A stretch of DNA of 20,000 nt from an uncultured virus (IMG/VR IMGVR_UViG_3300006100_001445) (Duplodnaviria; Heunggongvirae; Uroviricota; Caudoviricetes). The DNA lies in IMG/VR virus record IMGVR_UViG_3300006100_001445; one strand, given 5' to 3'. The notes under the pieces are model-generated. The model was given only the letters and a program-made list of their open reading frames with translations, did no database searches and was not told the DNA's origin. The translations under genes were made by a program, and so were the position numbers. This document shows positions 1 to 7,693 of the stretch, one piece after another. Each line of letters starts with the position of its first letter. Position 1 is the first letter of the stretch.

Positions 1-25
1 TAGATTACGATGTACCGGATTTATA

Positions 26-1111
26 TTAAGTTGCATTGTTGATCAATTTGGTAATTTGATTGGCAGCATACACAGTCCAATCAGTTTTCATAATCAAATT
101 GAAATTGTGTTCCAACACATCTTGTATGCGGTTGTACACTTCAGTTTGGTCCATTGCACACAATCGCTTGACCTGCTCAAATGCCTGTGTGTAACGTTCT
201 GTGTCGTTCTTGATCAAATCGTAACTTTCGTCAATGACCGAATCAAAGGTTCGAAATCCCAAACTGTGCAGATTGGCCAAAAATTTATATCCGGTAAAGG
301 CCACAAATAATCTTCTAGCAATCATGGGTTTGGCTGTTTTTTCGCTGTAGAAGCTTAGGGTATTGTCGTGGTCCGTTTCGGCAATAACGCTGTAGGCTGT
401 GTCGTTAAACACAGAGATTGGAATCACTCTACTCAGTCCAGTGTGTACACCGTAGTAGCGCACAGGACCAGCTGTACCTGGCTCTTGCTTGCCGACCACT
501 TCAACACCAGGTTCCCAAATAAAATAATCGCGGGCATAGAAACTGTTGTCGTCCCATTTGCCACCATAGGTTATAATAAATTTATCTTCTAATTTGTTAG
601 ACTTGACCGAGTCGGCAACAAAAGTTCTGTGTGGTTTGGGACTGCCCAGTAATGCATCAAAGTATTTGGGTTTGGGTAACGTATAAGAAATTTGATTCAA
701 CTGTGCCGGTAACTTTTTATACAACAACGTGGTTGTTTTGAACCAGTCTCCCCAAAAAACAATATGGCCATTCATGTCAGGAGCATCGTTGACTTGCCCG
801 GGCACAACCCAATACACATTGTTGTGATGACATTGGTCCCACATATCCCAATGGTAATGATGCAATTCACTTTCAAAACTAAACACCAATTGGCTGATAG
901 CACTGAGTTTGTTTACTTTGTCTTCAAATCCTTGATATGCTGTACAATTTATATCTTCGTTGCAATGTAGGCGTTGCATAGTAAATGCTATTTTTACTGG
1001 ATCTGCACTGGCCGCATATTCGTCAAAACTGTGACACAAGGTGTACGAAGGCAACTGTAACTGTGGTAACCAATCCTGATCAATAATTTGACTATCGCTG
1101 AAAACTATCAT
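26..1111 (-). CDS. Putative glycosyltransferase-like protein (GT10/alpha-1,3-fucosyltransferase-like C-terminal motif), 361 aa
   Basis: Long ORF whose ATG overlaps the iscA stop (ATGA). C-terminal YSVIAET...FYSEKTAKPMIARRLFVAFTG...LGFRTFDSVIDESYD resembles the SEK/TEK nucleotide-sugar-binding motif of GT10-like enzymes. Confidence 0.55.
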   Translation of the reverse strand: MIVFSDSQIIDQDWLPQLQLPSYTLCHSFDEYAASADPVKIAFTMQRLHCNEDINCTAYQGFEDKVNKLSAISQLVFSFESELHHYHWDMWDQCHHNNVYWVVPGQVNDAPDMNGHIVFWGDWFKTTTLLYKKLPAQLNQISYTLPKPKYFDALLGSPKPHRTFVADSVKSNKLEDKFIITYGGKWDDNSFYARDYFIWEPGVEVVGKQEPGTAGPVRYYGVHTGLSRVIPISVFNDTAYSVIAETDHDNTLSFYSEKTAKPMIARRLFVAFTGYKFLANLHSLGFRTFDSVIDESYDLIKNDTERYTQAFEQVKRLCAMDQTEVYNRIQDVLEHNFNLIMKTDWTVYAANQITKLINNAT

Positions 1112-1434
1112 ACTCTAAAACTTTCACCACAACCGCAACGATCTCGTTCATTGGGATTGATAAATTCAAATCCTTCGTTGAGCCCTTGGCGTACATAATC
1201 TATTGTCATACCGTCTAGATATACGGTGTCTTTGAGATCCACTAGAACAACAAAATCAGGTTGAGCATAATTGATAATGCCTTCTTCTCCTTCGTATTTG
1301 TCTACATATTCCAGTGTATAGGCCATACCCGAACATCCGGTGGTTCGTACGCCCACACGAATTCCAACGCCCGAGCCGCGTTTTGACAAATTGGCTTGAA
1401 TTTTTTTACGTGCTGTGTCGGTTACGGTAATCAT
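1108..1434 (-). CDS. iscA: Iron-sulfur cluster assembly A-type carrier protein IscA (HesB family), 108 aa
   Basis: GIRVGVRTTGCSGMAY motif and C-terminal CGCGESF signature; three conserved Cys. Confidence 0.95.
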   Translation of the reverse strand: MITVTDTARKKIQANLSKRGSGVGIRVGVRTTGCSGMAYTLEYVDKYEGEEGIINYAQPDFVVLVDLKDTVYLDGMTIDYVRQGLNEGFEFINPNERDRCGCGESFRV

Positions 1435-1786
1435 TTACAGCCGCCTTGATTGCATCTTCGGCCAAGATTGAGCAGTGGATTTTGACTGGCGGAAGTGCGA
1501 GTTCTTCTGCGATTTGAGAATTTTTAATTTCCATTGCGGCATCGAGTGTTTTGCCTTTAACCCATTCTGTAACCAGCGAGCTACTTGCAATCGCGCTACC
1601 GCACCCATACGTCTTGAACTTAGCGTCTTGAATAATCCCATCTACCACCTTTATTTGAAGTTTCATTACATCACCACAGGCCGGTGCACCGACCATACCG
1701 GTACCCACGTTGGTATCGTCTTTGGCAAACGAACCCACGTTGCGCGGATTTTCATAGTGGTCAATTACTTTGTCACTGTAGGCCAT
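1406..1786 (-). CDS. iscU: Fe-S cluster scaffold protein IscU, 126 aa
   Basis: MAYSDKVIDHYENPRNVG, GAPACGDVM, YGCGSAIASSS and LPPVKIHC (HscA-binding LPPVK). Start placed at ATG 1786 after AGGA, not the ORF-track start 1855. The 3' end overlaps iscA by 29 nt. Confidence 0.96.
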   Translation of the reverse strand: MAYSDKVIDHYENPRNVGSFAKDDTNVGTGMVGAPACGDVMKLQIKVVDGIIQDAKFKTYGCGSAIASSSLVTEWVKGKTLDAAMEIKNSQIAEELALPPVKIHCSILAEDAIKAAVNDYRNRHST

Positions 1787-1787
1787 A

Positions 1788-1949
1788 TTATTTTCCTGTT
1801 GGGGACTTGGGTGGCTGTGGTGGTTTGGGTGCCTGTGGTGCTGGCGCCGGTGCAACTGGTTTTTTAAAGCTGTCTACCAACTGTTGTAAACCGGCAGCTT
1901 GAACAGAGCCGGCTGTTAATAATACAAAAATAAAATATATCTTTTTCAT
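1788..1949 (-). CDS. Small exported proline-rich protein, 53 aa (missed by the ORF track)
   Basis: Manual translation: MKKIYFIFVLLTAGSVQAAGLQQLVDSFKKPVAPAPAPQAPKPPQPPKSPTGK*. Signal-peptide-like N-terminus (VQA|A). ATG overlaps the upstream stop (TGATG) and the TAA lies 1 nt before the iscU ATG. Confidence 0.75.
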   Translation of the reverse strand: MKKIYFIFVLLTAGSVQAAGLQQLVDSFKKPVAPAPAPQAPKPPQPPKSPTGK

Positions 1950-2254
1950 CAGTTAGGTACCAATACTGTTTTATAACAATTACACGTGCCGTCTAGCAAG
2001 GCTTCCCAATGGTATCCAGCCGGTGCTGGGTATACTGGTTGTGCTGGTGGATAAGTCTGCTGTATGTAAACTGGTTGCTGTTGAATAATCACTGGAGGAC
2101 GTGTGGCTTCGTACACAATCAATCCGCCTACCACAGCCGGTGCTACCCAACCATAACCAGGATGATAGTAATAGCGGCCACCACCGTGATGCCAGTATTC
2201 GGCGTGTGCCAATGTGGAACACATCAACAGTATCAACAAAACGAGTTTTTTCAT
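1949..2254 (-). CDS. Exported Gly/His/Pro/Tyr-rich small protein, 101 aa
   Basis: AAGGAG RBS; signal peptide MKKLVLLILLMCSTLAHA|E; hydrophobic WVAPAVVGGLIVY segment followed by PPVIIQQQPVY repeats and a CxC near the C-terminus. Confidence 0.8.
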   Translation of the reverse strand: MKKLVLLILLMCSTLAHAEYWHHGGGRYYYHPGYGWVAPAVVGGLIVYEATRPPVIIQQQPVYIQQTYPPAQPVYPAPAGYHWEALLDGTCNCYKTVLVPN

Positions 2255-2280
2255 GATAGACTCCTTTACACTAGTAAACT

Positions 2281-2310
2281 AGTATACAGTATTTACACCT
2301 TTTTGGTCAA
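2281..2310 (-). promoter_or_regulatory. Sigma70-like promoter with a nested late-type GTAAATA, driving the exported-protein/isc operon
   Basis: Minus strand TTGACC (2310-2305), 18 nt, TATACT (2286-2281). The spacer contains GTAAATA (2296-2290). Confidence 0.6.
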
Positions 2311-2327
2311 CAAATTTGGTAGGCTTA

Positions 2328-2753
2328 TTACTTAGAAGCGGCACGATTGGCCATTTTGGAAACAATTTTGCTGGGATCACCGGCTGGGGCGCCTTGGGCA
2401 CCAAGTGGATCTTCTGGGTCAACTGTGTTTTCTGGCAAAGACAAATAGATATATTTGGAGCCAGATTTGTCATCATCTTTGATGTCTTTGATTAGACTTT
2501 TTACAGTATCGTTATGATCGTGTGCAGCTTCCAAGGCAGCATAATTAAATGCTTCGTTGCCGGGTATATCGCGTACACGATCGATTACTGTATCAACTTT
2601 GACACGTGGAGTTACTGCACCGCTGGTTTGCGCTTCATTGCGAAGCCATTCAAGTGTTGTGATTAAAGCTGAATCACCGCGGCTATCAGCTTCGTCCTCA
2701 ATTACTTCGTCTACTATGTCTAGAGACTCAAGAACAATTTCACGAATTTTCAT
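2328..2753 (-). CDS. Hypothetical late protein, 141 aa, possibly virion-associated
   Basis: ATG overlaps the upstream stop (TAATG); N-terminus MKIREIVLES. Confidence 0.75.
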   Translation of the reverse strand: MKIREIVLESLDIVDEVIEDEADSRGDSALITTLEWLRNEAQTSGAVTPRVKVDTVIDRVRDIPGNEAFNYAALEAAHDHNDTVKSLIKDIKDDDKSGSKYIYLSLPENTVDPEDPLGAQGAPAGDPSKIVSKMANRAASK

Positions 2754-3460
2754 TAACGACGCTCGCGGCCTAATTCTTCTTCACCACCAACTGCGGCATC
2801 AGTAGCATCAAACCCATCAGCGCCATCAGCATCTAAATCGCTTTCTGGTTCTGGACCAAGATCAGCACCGGCGTCTGCAGGAGCACCTGCATCTAATCCA
2901 GTGTCACCGCCCATGCCCATATCCATTGGCTGTTCAACTTGTTCGCCGGCTAGGCCACGAACTGCTGTGTCAGCTTGGTCACGACCTGTGCTGACTGCTT
3001 GGTATAAACTTGTTAGTAAAGGAGCCATTGCACCTTTGAATTGTTCTGCTTGCTCGCTGCCGATTTGGTCACGAATTGTATCTACCAGGGCTGGCATCTG
3101 TTCGTTTTGCATCTTGGATACTTTTTCCAACATATCTTGCACAGAGTCAACCATATCTTTGGCAGCCAATACTGCTTCGCTCTTGCCCATTTCACTTTCA
3201 AACAAACCTTGTTCGCTAGTTAGCCATTTGTTCAGGCCTTCTTTGACCAACATAAGTTCTATGTACTTTGGATTCTTTTCAGCGGTGTGTGCGCCAAAAG
3301 AACGTTTGATTGATTGAATGTTTTCACCCAGTGCTTTGGCCAAACGCTGTGCCTTGGCATAAGTTAAATTGTCATAGTCAATAGAAAAACCAAAGCGGCT
3401 TTCCATAACTTTGTTAATTTTTTGTGGTGTTACTTCGGTACGCATTTCAGAGAGTCTCAT
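2753..3460 (-). CDS. Hypothetical helical protein with acidic low-complexity C-terminus, 235 aa (possible prohead core/morphogenesis protein)
   Basis: Start placed at ATG 3460 (MRLSEM), downstream of CTAAATA at 3491-3485. Helical Glu/Met-rich middle and Asp/Gly/Ala-rich tail. Confidence 0.7.
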   Translation of the reverse strand: MRLSEMRTEVTPQKINKVMESRFGFSIDYDNLTYAKAQRLAKALGENIQSIKRSFGAHTAEKNPKYIELMLVKEGLNKWLTSEQGLFESEMGKSEAVLAAKDMVDSVQDMLEKVSKMQNEQMPALVDTIRDQIGSEQAEQFKGAMAPLLTSLYQAVSTGRDQADTAVRGLAGEQVEQPMDMGMGGDTGLDAGAPADAGADLGPEPESDLDADGADGFDATDAAVGGEEELGRERR

Positions 3461-3465
3461 TTTGT

Positions 3466-3999
3466 TTATTCCCAAACTTTGTAGTATTTAGCTATATTAT
3501 GTATTTTTGTCATCCTGTCCCGAGCAAGATTTAGCCGAGTTTCAGCCATTTCTAACCTGGGAAGACGGGTATCTACTGTTACATAATCTTGTTGTTTTTT
3601 TGCCTTTTCAATAATATTACGTAAACATAACATATCTGTATAACATTTATTTATTATTCTATCAACTGACAGTATTTCATCTGCCCTGGCATACTGTTGT
3701 TTGGTCAAGTAAATAGCGTACAAAATTGCTGAAATTTTGCTTTCAAAACGGTGCACCAGTTCTCTATTGACATCAAATAAGTCGCAAGTTTTGTTGGGAT
3801 TTACAGTGAGTCTATACAGTCCCACTAGATATCCGTCTTTGACTTGCACACAAACTGGACGTGGTTCATTGCTTTGTATACGGCCTAACTCGCGAGAAGT
3901 CCAATGTTTGATATAATCTGCAGCAACGTTGGTTATTTCCTTCGGGACCGAAGTACGAGGTTTTTTAGCGTATTTTTTTTGAGTATGTGATCTTGCCAT
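3466..3999 (-). CDS. Hypothetical protein, about 177 aa
   Basis: ORF in a tightly packed operon; start at 3999 or 4005; overlaps the end of the upstream 69-aa gene. Confidence 0.7.
   Translation of the reverse strand: MARSHTQKKYAKKPRTSVPKEITNVAADYIKHWTSRELGRIQSNEPRPVCVQVKDGYLVGLYRLTVNPNKTCDLFDVNRELVHRFESKISAILYAIYLTKQQYARADEILSVDRIINKCYTDMLCLRNIIEKAKKQQDYVTVDTRLPRLEMAETRLNLARDRMTKIHNIAKYYKVWE
3485..3491 (-). promoter_or_regulatory. Putative T4-type late promoter (CTAAATA)
   Basis: TAAATA core about 25 nt upstream of ATG 3460; lies within the end of the upstream gene. Confidence 0.45.
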
Positions 4000-4174
4000 T
4001 TTCATTACGACGAAGTAATATATCTTGCGTCGTTAGTTGATTTGCTATAAGCTGTTCTCTTTCATTTAGAGAGTTTTTTAATATGCTGGGTTCGTGTTGA
4101 AAACGTCCCAATAAATCAGCTTGTTCATTATTTAAGGCAATTTGTACTTGGTTAATTAATTCTACGATTTTCAT
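3965..4174 (-). CDS. Hypothetical protein, 69 aa
   Basis: ATGA overlap with the upstream gene; N-terminus MKIVEL. Confidence 0.7.
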   Translation of the reverse strand: MKIVELINQVQIALNNEQADLLGRFQHEPSILKNSLNEREQLIANQLTTQDILLRRNENGKITYSKKIR

Positions 4175-4431
4175 TTTGATACGAGGTGTACCACTAAACC
4201 AAAAACACCAGCTAGTAGTGCTACAAAAATAGCAGTACCAATTGTGATAAGAGTTTTGTTACTGTCGCTACCGACACGGCCAATGGAATCCTTGATGTCA
4301 ACAATATGGGCTTCTAATTTGTCCATACGACCATCAAGATGTATTAATTTTGTCTCCAAAGCAGAGTATCGCTCCGCGCAAAGTTCTACGTGGGCTTCTA
4401 GACTCTTCTTTTCGATGTCAGTTGTAGACAT
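4171..4431 (-). CDS. Small coiled-coil protein with a C-terminal transmembrane helix (XhlA/holin-like architecture), 86 aa
   Basis: GAGGA RBS; heptad segment YSALETKLIHLDGRMDKLEAHIVDIKDSI, then hydrophobic LITIGTAIFVALLAGVFGLVVHLV. Confidence 0.7.
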   Translation of the reverse strand: MSTTDIEKKSLEAHVELCAERYSALETKLIHLDGRMDKLEAHIVDIKDSIGRVGSDSNKTLITIGTAIFVALLAGVFGLVVHLVSK

Positions 4432-4523
4432 AGTTCCTCGCTTTTTTCATGTTAAGCGATGCGTTGATTTGCCTGTGTGTGCCGTGATATGAGCCTTAAT
4501 AGTTGCCTTATAGCATCTATTAG

Positions 4524-4530
4524 TATTTAT
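4524..4530 (-). promoter_or_regulatory. T4-type late promoter (ATAAATA)
   Basis: Minus strand ATAAATA overlapping the TAA stop of the upstream gene, ahead of a roughly 90-nt leader. Confidence 0.6.
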
Positions 4531-4964
4531 GCTACGGGATTGATTTGCCTAAAGTATATGTTTTTTATAGTGCCATATGGATAAAATATCGGCAACATAA
4601 ATCGAGCAGTTTCGGCAAGTCCGGTAATGATAGGTACCTGCTCAAAATCCTGTTGCAATCCACCTATAGGTTTGCCTGGAAGGTCGTATACTCCGTTGCC
4701 TTCTACAGCCCACTGCCAGGTCCATACCTGCTGTATGCCTTCATAGAAATCACCAAAGCTCAGTCGATCCAATTCAATTTCTACCACAGTAGGCAGTTGT
4801 ATATGTTGTGGTTGAGTACGCAGGCTCATACATTGTATGACTGTTTCCCAGTTGCGCTGTTGATGTCGTTCTACTGCGTCAGGATCTGAGCTGCGGACCA
4901 CACCGGTAGCAGTGATGTCTACTAGACTGTAGCCTTGAAAAAAATACAAATTAGATTCTGACAT
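4527..4964 (-). CDS. Hypothetical late protein, 145 aa
   Basis: Start placed at ATG 4964 (MSESNL), just after ATAAATA at 4979-4973. The ORF-track start 4997 lies inside the terminator. Confidence 0.75.
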   Translation of the reverse strand: MSESNLYFFQGYSLVDITATGVVRSSDPDAVERHQQRNWETVIQCMSLRTQPQHIQLPTVVEIELDRLSFGDFYEGIQQVWTWQWAVEGNGVYDLPGKPIGGLQQDFEQVPIITGLAETARFMLPIFYPYGTIKNIYFRQINPVA

Positions 4965-4972
4965 AGTGCTAG

Positions 4973-4979
4973 TATTTAT
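4973..4979 (-). promoter_or_regulatory. T4-type late promoter (ATAAATA), near-leaderless transcript
   Basis: ATAAATA 8 nt upstream of ATG 4964, directly after a terminator; no SD present. Confidence 0.6.
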
Positions 4980-4986
4980 CGGCCAC

Positions 4987-5013
4987 AAAAAAAGCAATCA
5001 TAAAGATTGCTTT
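4987..5013 (-). terminator. Rho-independent terminator
   Basis: Minus strand AAAGCAATC-TTTAT-GATTGCTTT followed by a T run, downstream of the 118-aa gene. Confidence 0.8.
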
Positions 5014-5034
5014 CTTCGTTATAGTTAAAAACTA

Positions 5035-5391
5035 TTAAGCAAACTTGATGCCACCTGCGCTTGATACAACAGCGTTAGCTGAAATTGTACGTACACGAGT
5101 TTGTTTAGTTGCATCGTTAGAACCAGTAGCTTCTAAAAGAACGCTTAACTGAGTTGAGCTAACTTGATATGCTGTGATAGTAGAATCGATAGCGATTTGC
5201 TTTAGAATTGATTCAACGATACCACCAGTAGCTGAGTCAGCTGCTGATAATGTGCCGATAGAAGTAATCTTTAAGCCGATTGGGTTCTTTGTTAAACCTA
5301 AACCGATAACTGTATCTAGTGTACCATCATATGTTGCGTCAACGTTGTTAACGCCATTTGCATCACCTGCATAACGTGTCTGAATTGCCAT
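5035..5391 (-). CDS. Probable abundant virion structural protein, 118 aa
   Basis: Strong TAAGGAG RBS, own late promoter and own terminator. Ala/Gly/Ser/Thr-rich. Start MAIQTR at 5391. Confidence 0.7.
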   Translation of the reverse strand: MAIQTRYAGDANGVNNVDATYDGTLDTVIGLGLTKNPIGLKITSIGTLSAADSATGGIVESILKQIAIDSTITAYQVSSTQLSVLLEATGSNDATKQTRVRTISANAVVSSAGGIKFA

Positions 5392-5433
5392 TTTAAATCT
5401 CCTTAATATGTGTGGTCTCAATGGACCTATAAT

Positions 5434-5440
5434 TATTTAT
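5434..5440 (-). promoter_or_regulatory. T4-type late promoter (ATAAATA)
   Basis: Intergenic ATAAATA about 43 nt upstream of ATG 5391; small GGTC/GACC hairpin in the leader. Confidence 0.65.
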
Positions 5441-5466
5441 GCTTTCGAACAAAAAACGGGTTGTTA

Positions 5467-6558
5467 TTAACGGGCAAATAATGCCTGGCTAAACACAGTT
5501 CTTTGTACCAATTTTACTGGGCCTTCTGGGGTACTGAATACAAATCCTTCGCCAGCTGGCTGTCCGTTTACATATTGCCCAATACCTTGTACCTGGCGTT
5601 CCAGTTGCTCGGTTAAATTGACTTTGAACGCATAAACCGCGTTCCAAATCGCAAAAACTGCGGCCACACCGTTGATGTGCTGATACAGGTATCCGTCTTG
5701 GTTTTCACCCAACAAAAACTTGCGTAATTTTTGAGTAACATTAGCAGATTGTAACCAATCTGATAATTCTTCGTGCGTTTGCCCAGTAATCTTTTTGTTT
5801 GCATACTGTTTCAACGCAGCACGTGCTTTGTCATCTAGGCCGGCCAAAAAGCTGTCGGCCACTGTGCTGTACTTCTTTAAGGTGCTCACTGCGGCTTTGT
5901 GCAAACGCACAGGATCATCCAATGTAAATTTGATATTGGCACTGGGCGTCAAAATTGCTGTGGGTGCATTAAAGTCAAGCCCTTGCCCGTTCCAAGGTTG
6001 TGGTCTAGCGTGTTCGTCGGCCAGATAAGTGTGTACCACAATACCGCCTTGGCGTCCGGCTATCTGTTGACCTAGACTGCTTTTTACTGGAATATGATAT
6101 TCAACCACATTGGGTTTGAACACAAACTGGCCTTTGACTGGTCGAAGTGGTGCACTCCATAGCAGATCGCCCCAGAAGTATCCAGGTACATTGCCCACCG
6201 CTTGATCTAGACCAGGCCAAATGTTGGCAATGCGTTGATACAAATCGTTACGATTCTTGCCGCGCTCTTGATCGTAACGTACCCAATCTTCAGGGCTGGT
6301 AACTCGACCGTGCGGCTTGTCAAACATATACTTGTCCATCACAGTCAACTGACCGTCGGCATTACGACCAAATACCAAGGCAGGAAATCCATCCCACTTG
6401 ATTGTCAGGCTGCCAGGATCTTTGATTACAGATTCCATTGCACCTACCATACGTTCAGCGACTGCTGTGCCATCAAATATGGCATCTTCAGGATGTGGAG
6501 TACGTGCTGGTGCTGCTTTGACTTCTAGCAGGACCTCATTGATAAAATTTAATTCCAT
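5467..6558 (-). CDS. Ligase-fold covalent nucleotidyltransferase-like protein (DUF6267-like), 363 aa
   Basis: HPED, TIKWDG (motif I KxDG), WGDLL (motif III-like), GEGFV (motif IV) and VKLV (motif V) in the order seen in ATP-dependent RNA/DNA ligases. Confidence 0.65.
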   Translation of the reverse strand: MELNFINEVLLEVKAAPARTPHPEDAIFDGTAVAERMVGAMESVIKDPGSLTIKWDGFPALVFGRNADGQLTVMDKYMFDKPHGRVTSPEDWVRYDQERGKNRNDLYQRIANIWPGLDQAVGNVPGYFWGDLLWSAPLRPVKGQFVFKPNVVEYHIPVKSSLGQQIAGRQGGIVVHTYLADEHARPQPWNGQGLDFNAPTAILTPSANIKFTLDDPVRLHKAAVSTLKKYSTVADSFLAGLDDKARAALKQYANKKITGQTHEELSDWLQSANVTQKLRKFLLGENQDGYLYQHINGVAAVFAIWNAVYAFKVNLTEQLERQVQGIGQYVNGQPAGEGFVFSTPEGPVKLVQRTVFSQALFAR

Positions 6559-6559
6559 T

Positions 6560-7693
6560 TTACTTTCGCAATTTGTTTTCTAAGATTGCAGCTGGATCAA
6601 AACTTTCACTGAAACCAGCGGCCTTGTCTAACATAGCTTGGAATGACTGGTGTGGAGTTTTAGTACCACCTAGGTGTACCCATTGGCCATTGTCATCAAG
6701 GCCAAACTCTCTGTTTTTGTATTTTACAATAATAGGTTCTTGCTGTACAATTTCCATACCAGGTACCATATCGTGTTTGATATCTTTTTCATCGTGTGCA
6801 TCAGGAGCCGGAGCTGCAGTTGCCGGTGCAGCTGTTGTAGCGGCCGGCGCAGGTTGTGCCGCTGGTTGTGTTGCAGGTGCAAATGGTTTACCTGTTGCAG
6901 GATCAATAATAGTTGACTGTGTTGCAGCAGGTGCCGCGGCAGTTTTGGTAGCAGGTGCCGCTGTCTTGGGTTTGTTGGCACGGTCTGCCATATAGGTACT
7001 ATAGACCTGTGTAACATAATTTTGCACGTCGTTTTTGTTGCCAGGTCTTACCTTGCTGACATCTATGTTGCCAACATCAAGTCCAGGATATCTCTTACCG
7101 GCCCACGCCTGCAGTTCTTTTTGGAATGTGGCAGGATCTTTTAAGTTGGTAACAGCACCACGTTGTGCTAAAAATTTGTTTGCTGCATTGGTTTCTAATT
7201 CTAGATTCAATCCACCGGCCTGTTTTGCTTGATCAATTGCTTGACGAGTGTTGCGTGCCTGTTGATATCCTTTGACCGCACCTTGGATACCTTTGGACAA
7301 TGCACCTCCCAAGTTCTTTAGGCCTTGCTTGGCTTTTTGTGCAGGTGTGTTGGCCTGATTGGCAGCCACTGCCGCTTGTTGTTTTTGCTGAATATTTTGA
7401 TCAAGTTGATCTTGATATGCTGTATCAATTGGAGCAGCTGGGGCAGGTTGTGCAGCGGGAGTTGCAGGAGTGGGATTTGGGATGCCAGTCGGAACATTGT
7501 ACTTTGCTGTTGTTCCGGGATTGGTAGCATAAGCACCAGGTTTCTGACTGTAATCAGGCTTTGCTGGTGCAGCTGGTTTGCGACCAGTCCACTGTGTTTG
7601 ATTATCGTCGGCCGGTGGGTTGGCTGGCGCAGCAGGATTTGGAGTACCAGTATTAGTGTTAAGTGCTTCTACAATAACTTCATTAATTTTCAC
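6560..7693 (-). CDS. Ala/Pro/Gln-rich low-complexity protein, 377 aa, probably virion-internal
   Basis: N-terminus MKINEVIVEA; repeated PAAQPAPAA segments; small globular-looking C-terminal domain. Confidence 0.75.
   Translation of the reverse strand: MKINEVIVEALNTNTGTPNPAAPANPPADDNQTQWTGRKPAAPAKPDYSQKPGAYATNPGTTAKYNVPTGIPNPTPATPAAQPAPAAPIDTAYQDQLDQNIQQKQQAAVAANQANTPAQKAKQGLKNLGGALSKGIQGAVKGYQQARNTRQAIDQAKQAGGLNLELETNAANKFLAQRGAVTNLKDPATFQKELQAWAGKRYPGLDVGNIDVSKVRPGNKNDVQNYVTQVYSTYMADRANKPKTAAPATKTAAAPAATQSTIIDPATGKPFAPATQPAAQPAPAATTAAPATAAPAPDAHDEKDIKHDMVPGMEIVQQEPIIVKYKNREFGLDDNGQWVHLGGTKTPHQSFQAMLDKAAGFSESFDPAAILENKLRK

Noticed and set aside
3..29. Plus-strand frame DYDVPDLY* resembling an HA epitope tag
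   Set aside because: Only a 5-aa match; more likely chance or the tail of a convergent gene running in from outside the window.
1787..1855. His-rich N-terminal extension of IscU (MHRRQHHRHPNHHSH)
   Set aside because: It is an alternative frame of the Pro-rich 53-aa gene; canonical IscU begins MAYS at 1786 with its own RBS.
2270..2320. Possible IscR operator upstream of the isc-containing operon
   Set aside because: Only a TTGAC half-site is present and it is explained by the -35 box; no convincing symmetric IscR motif.
6820..7480. GC-rich short repeats suggesting a CRISPR or tandem array
   Set aside because: They are degenerate codons of Ala/Pro low-complexity protein segments, with no constant repeat-spacer structure.
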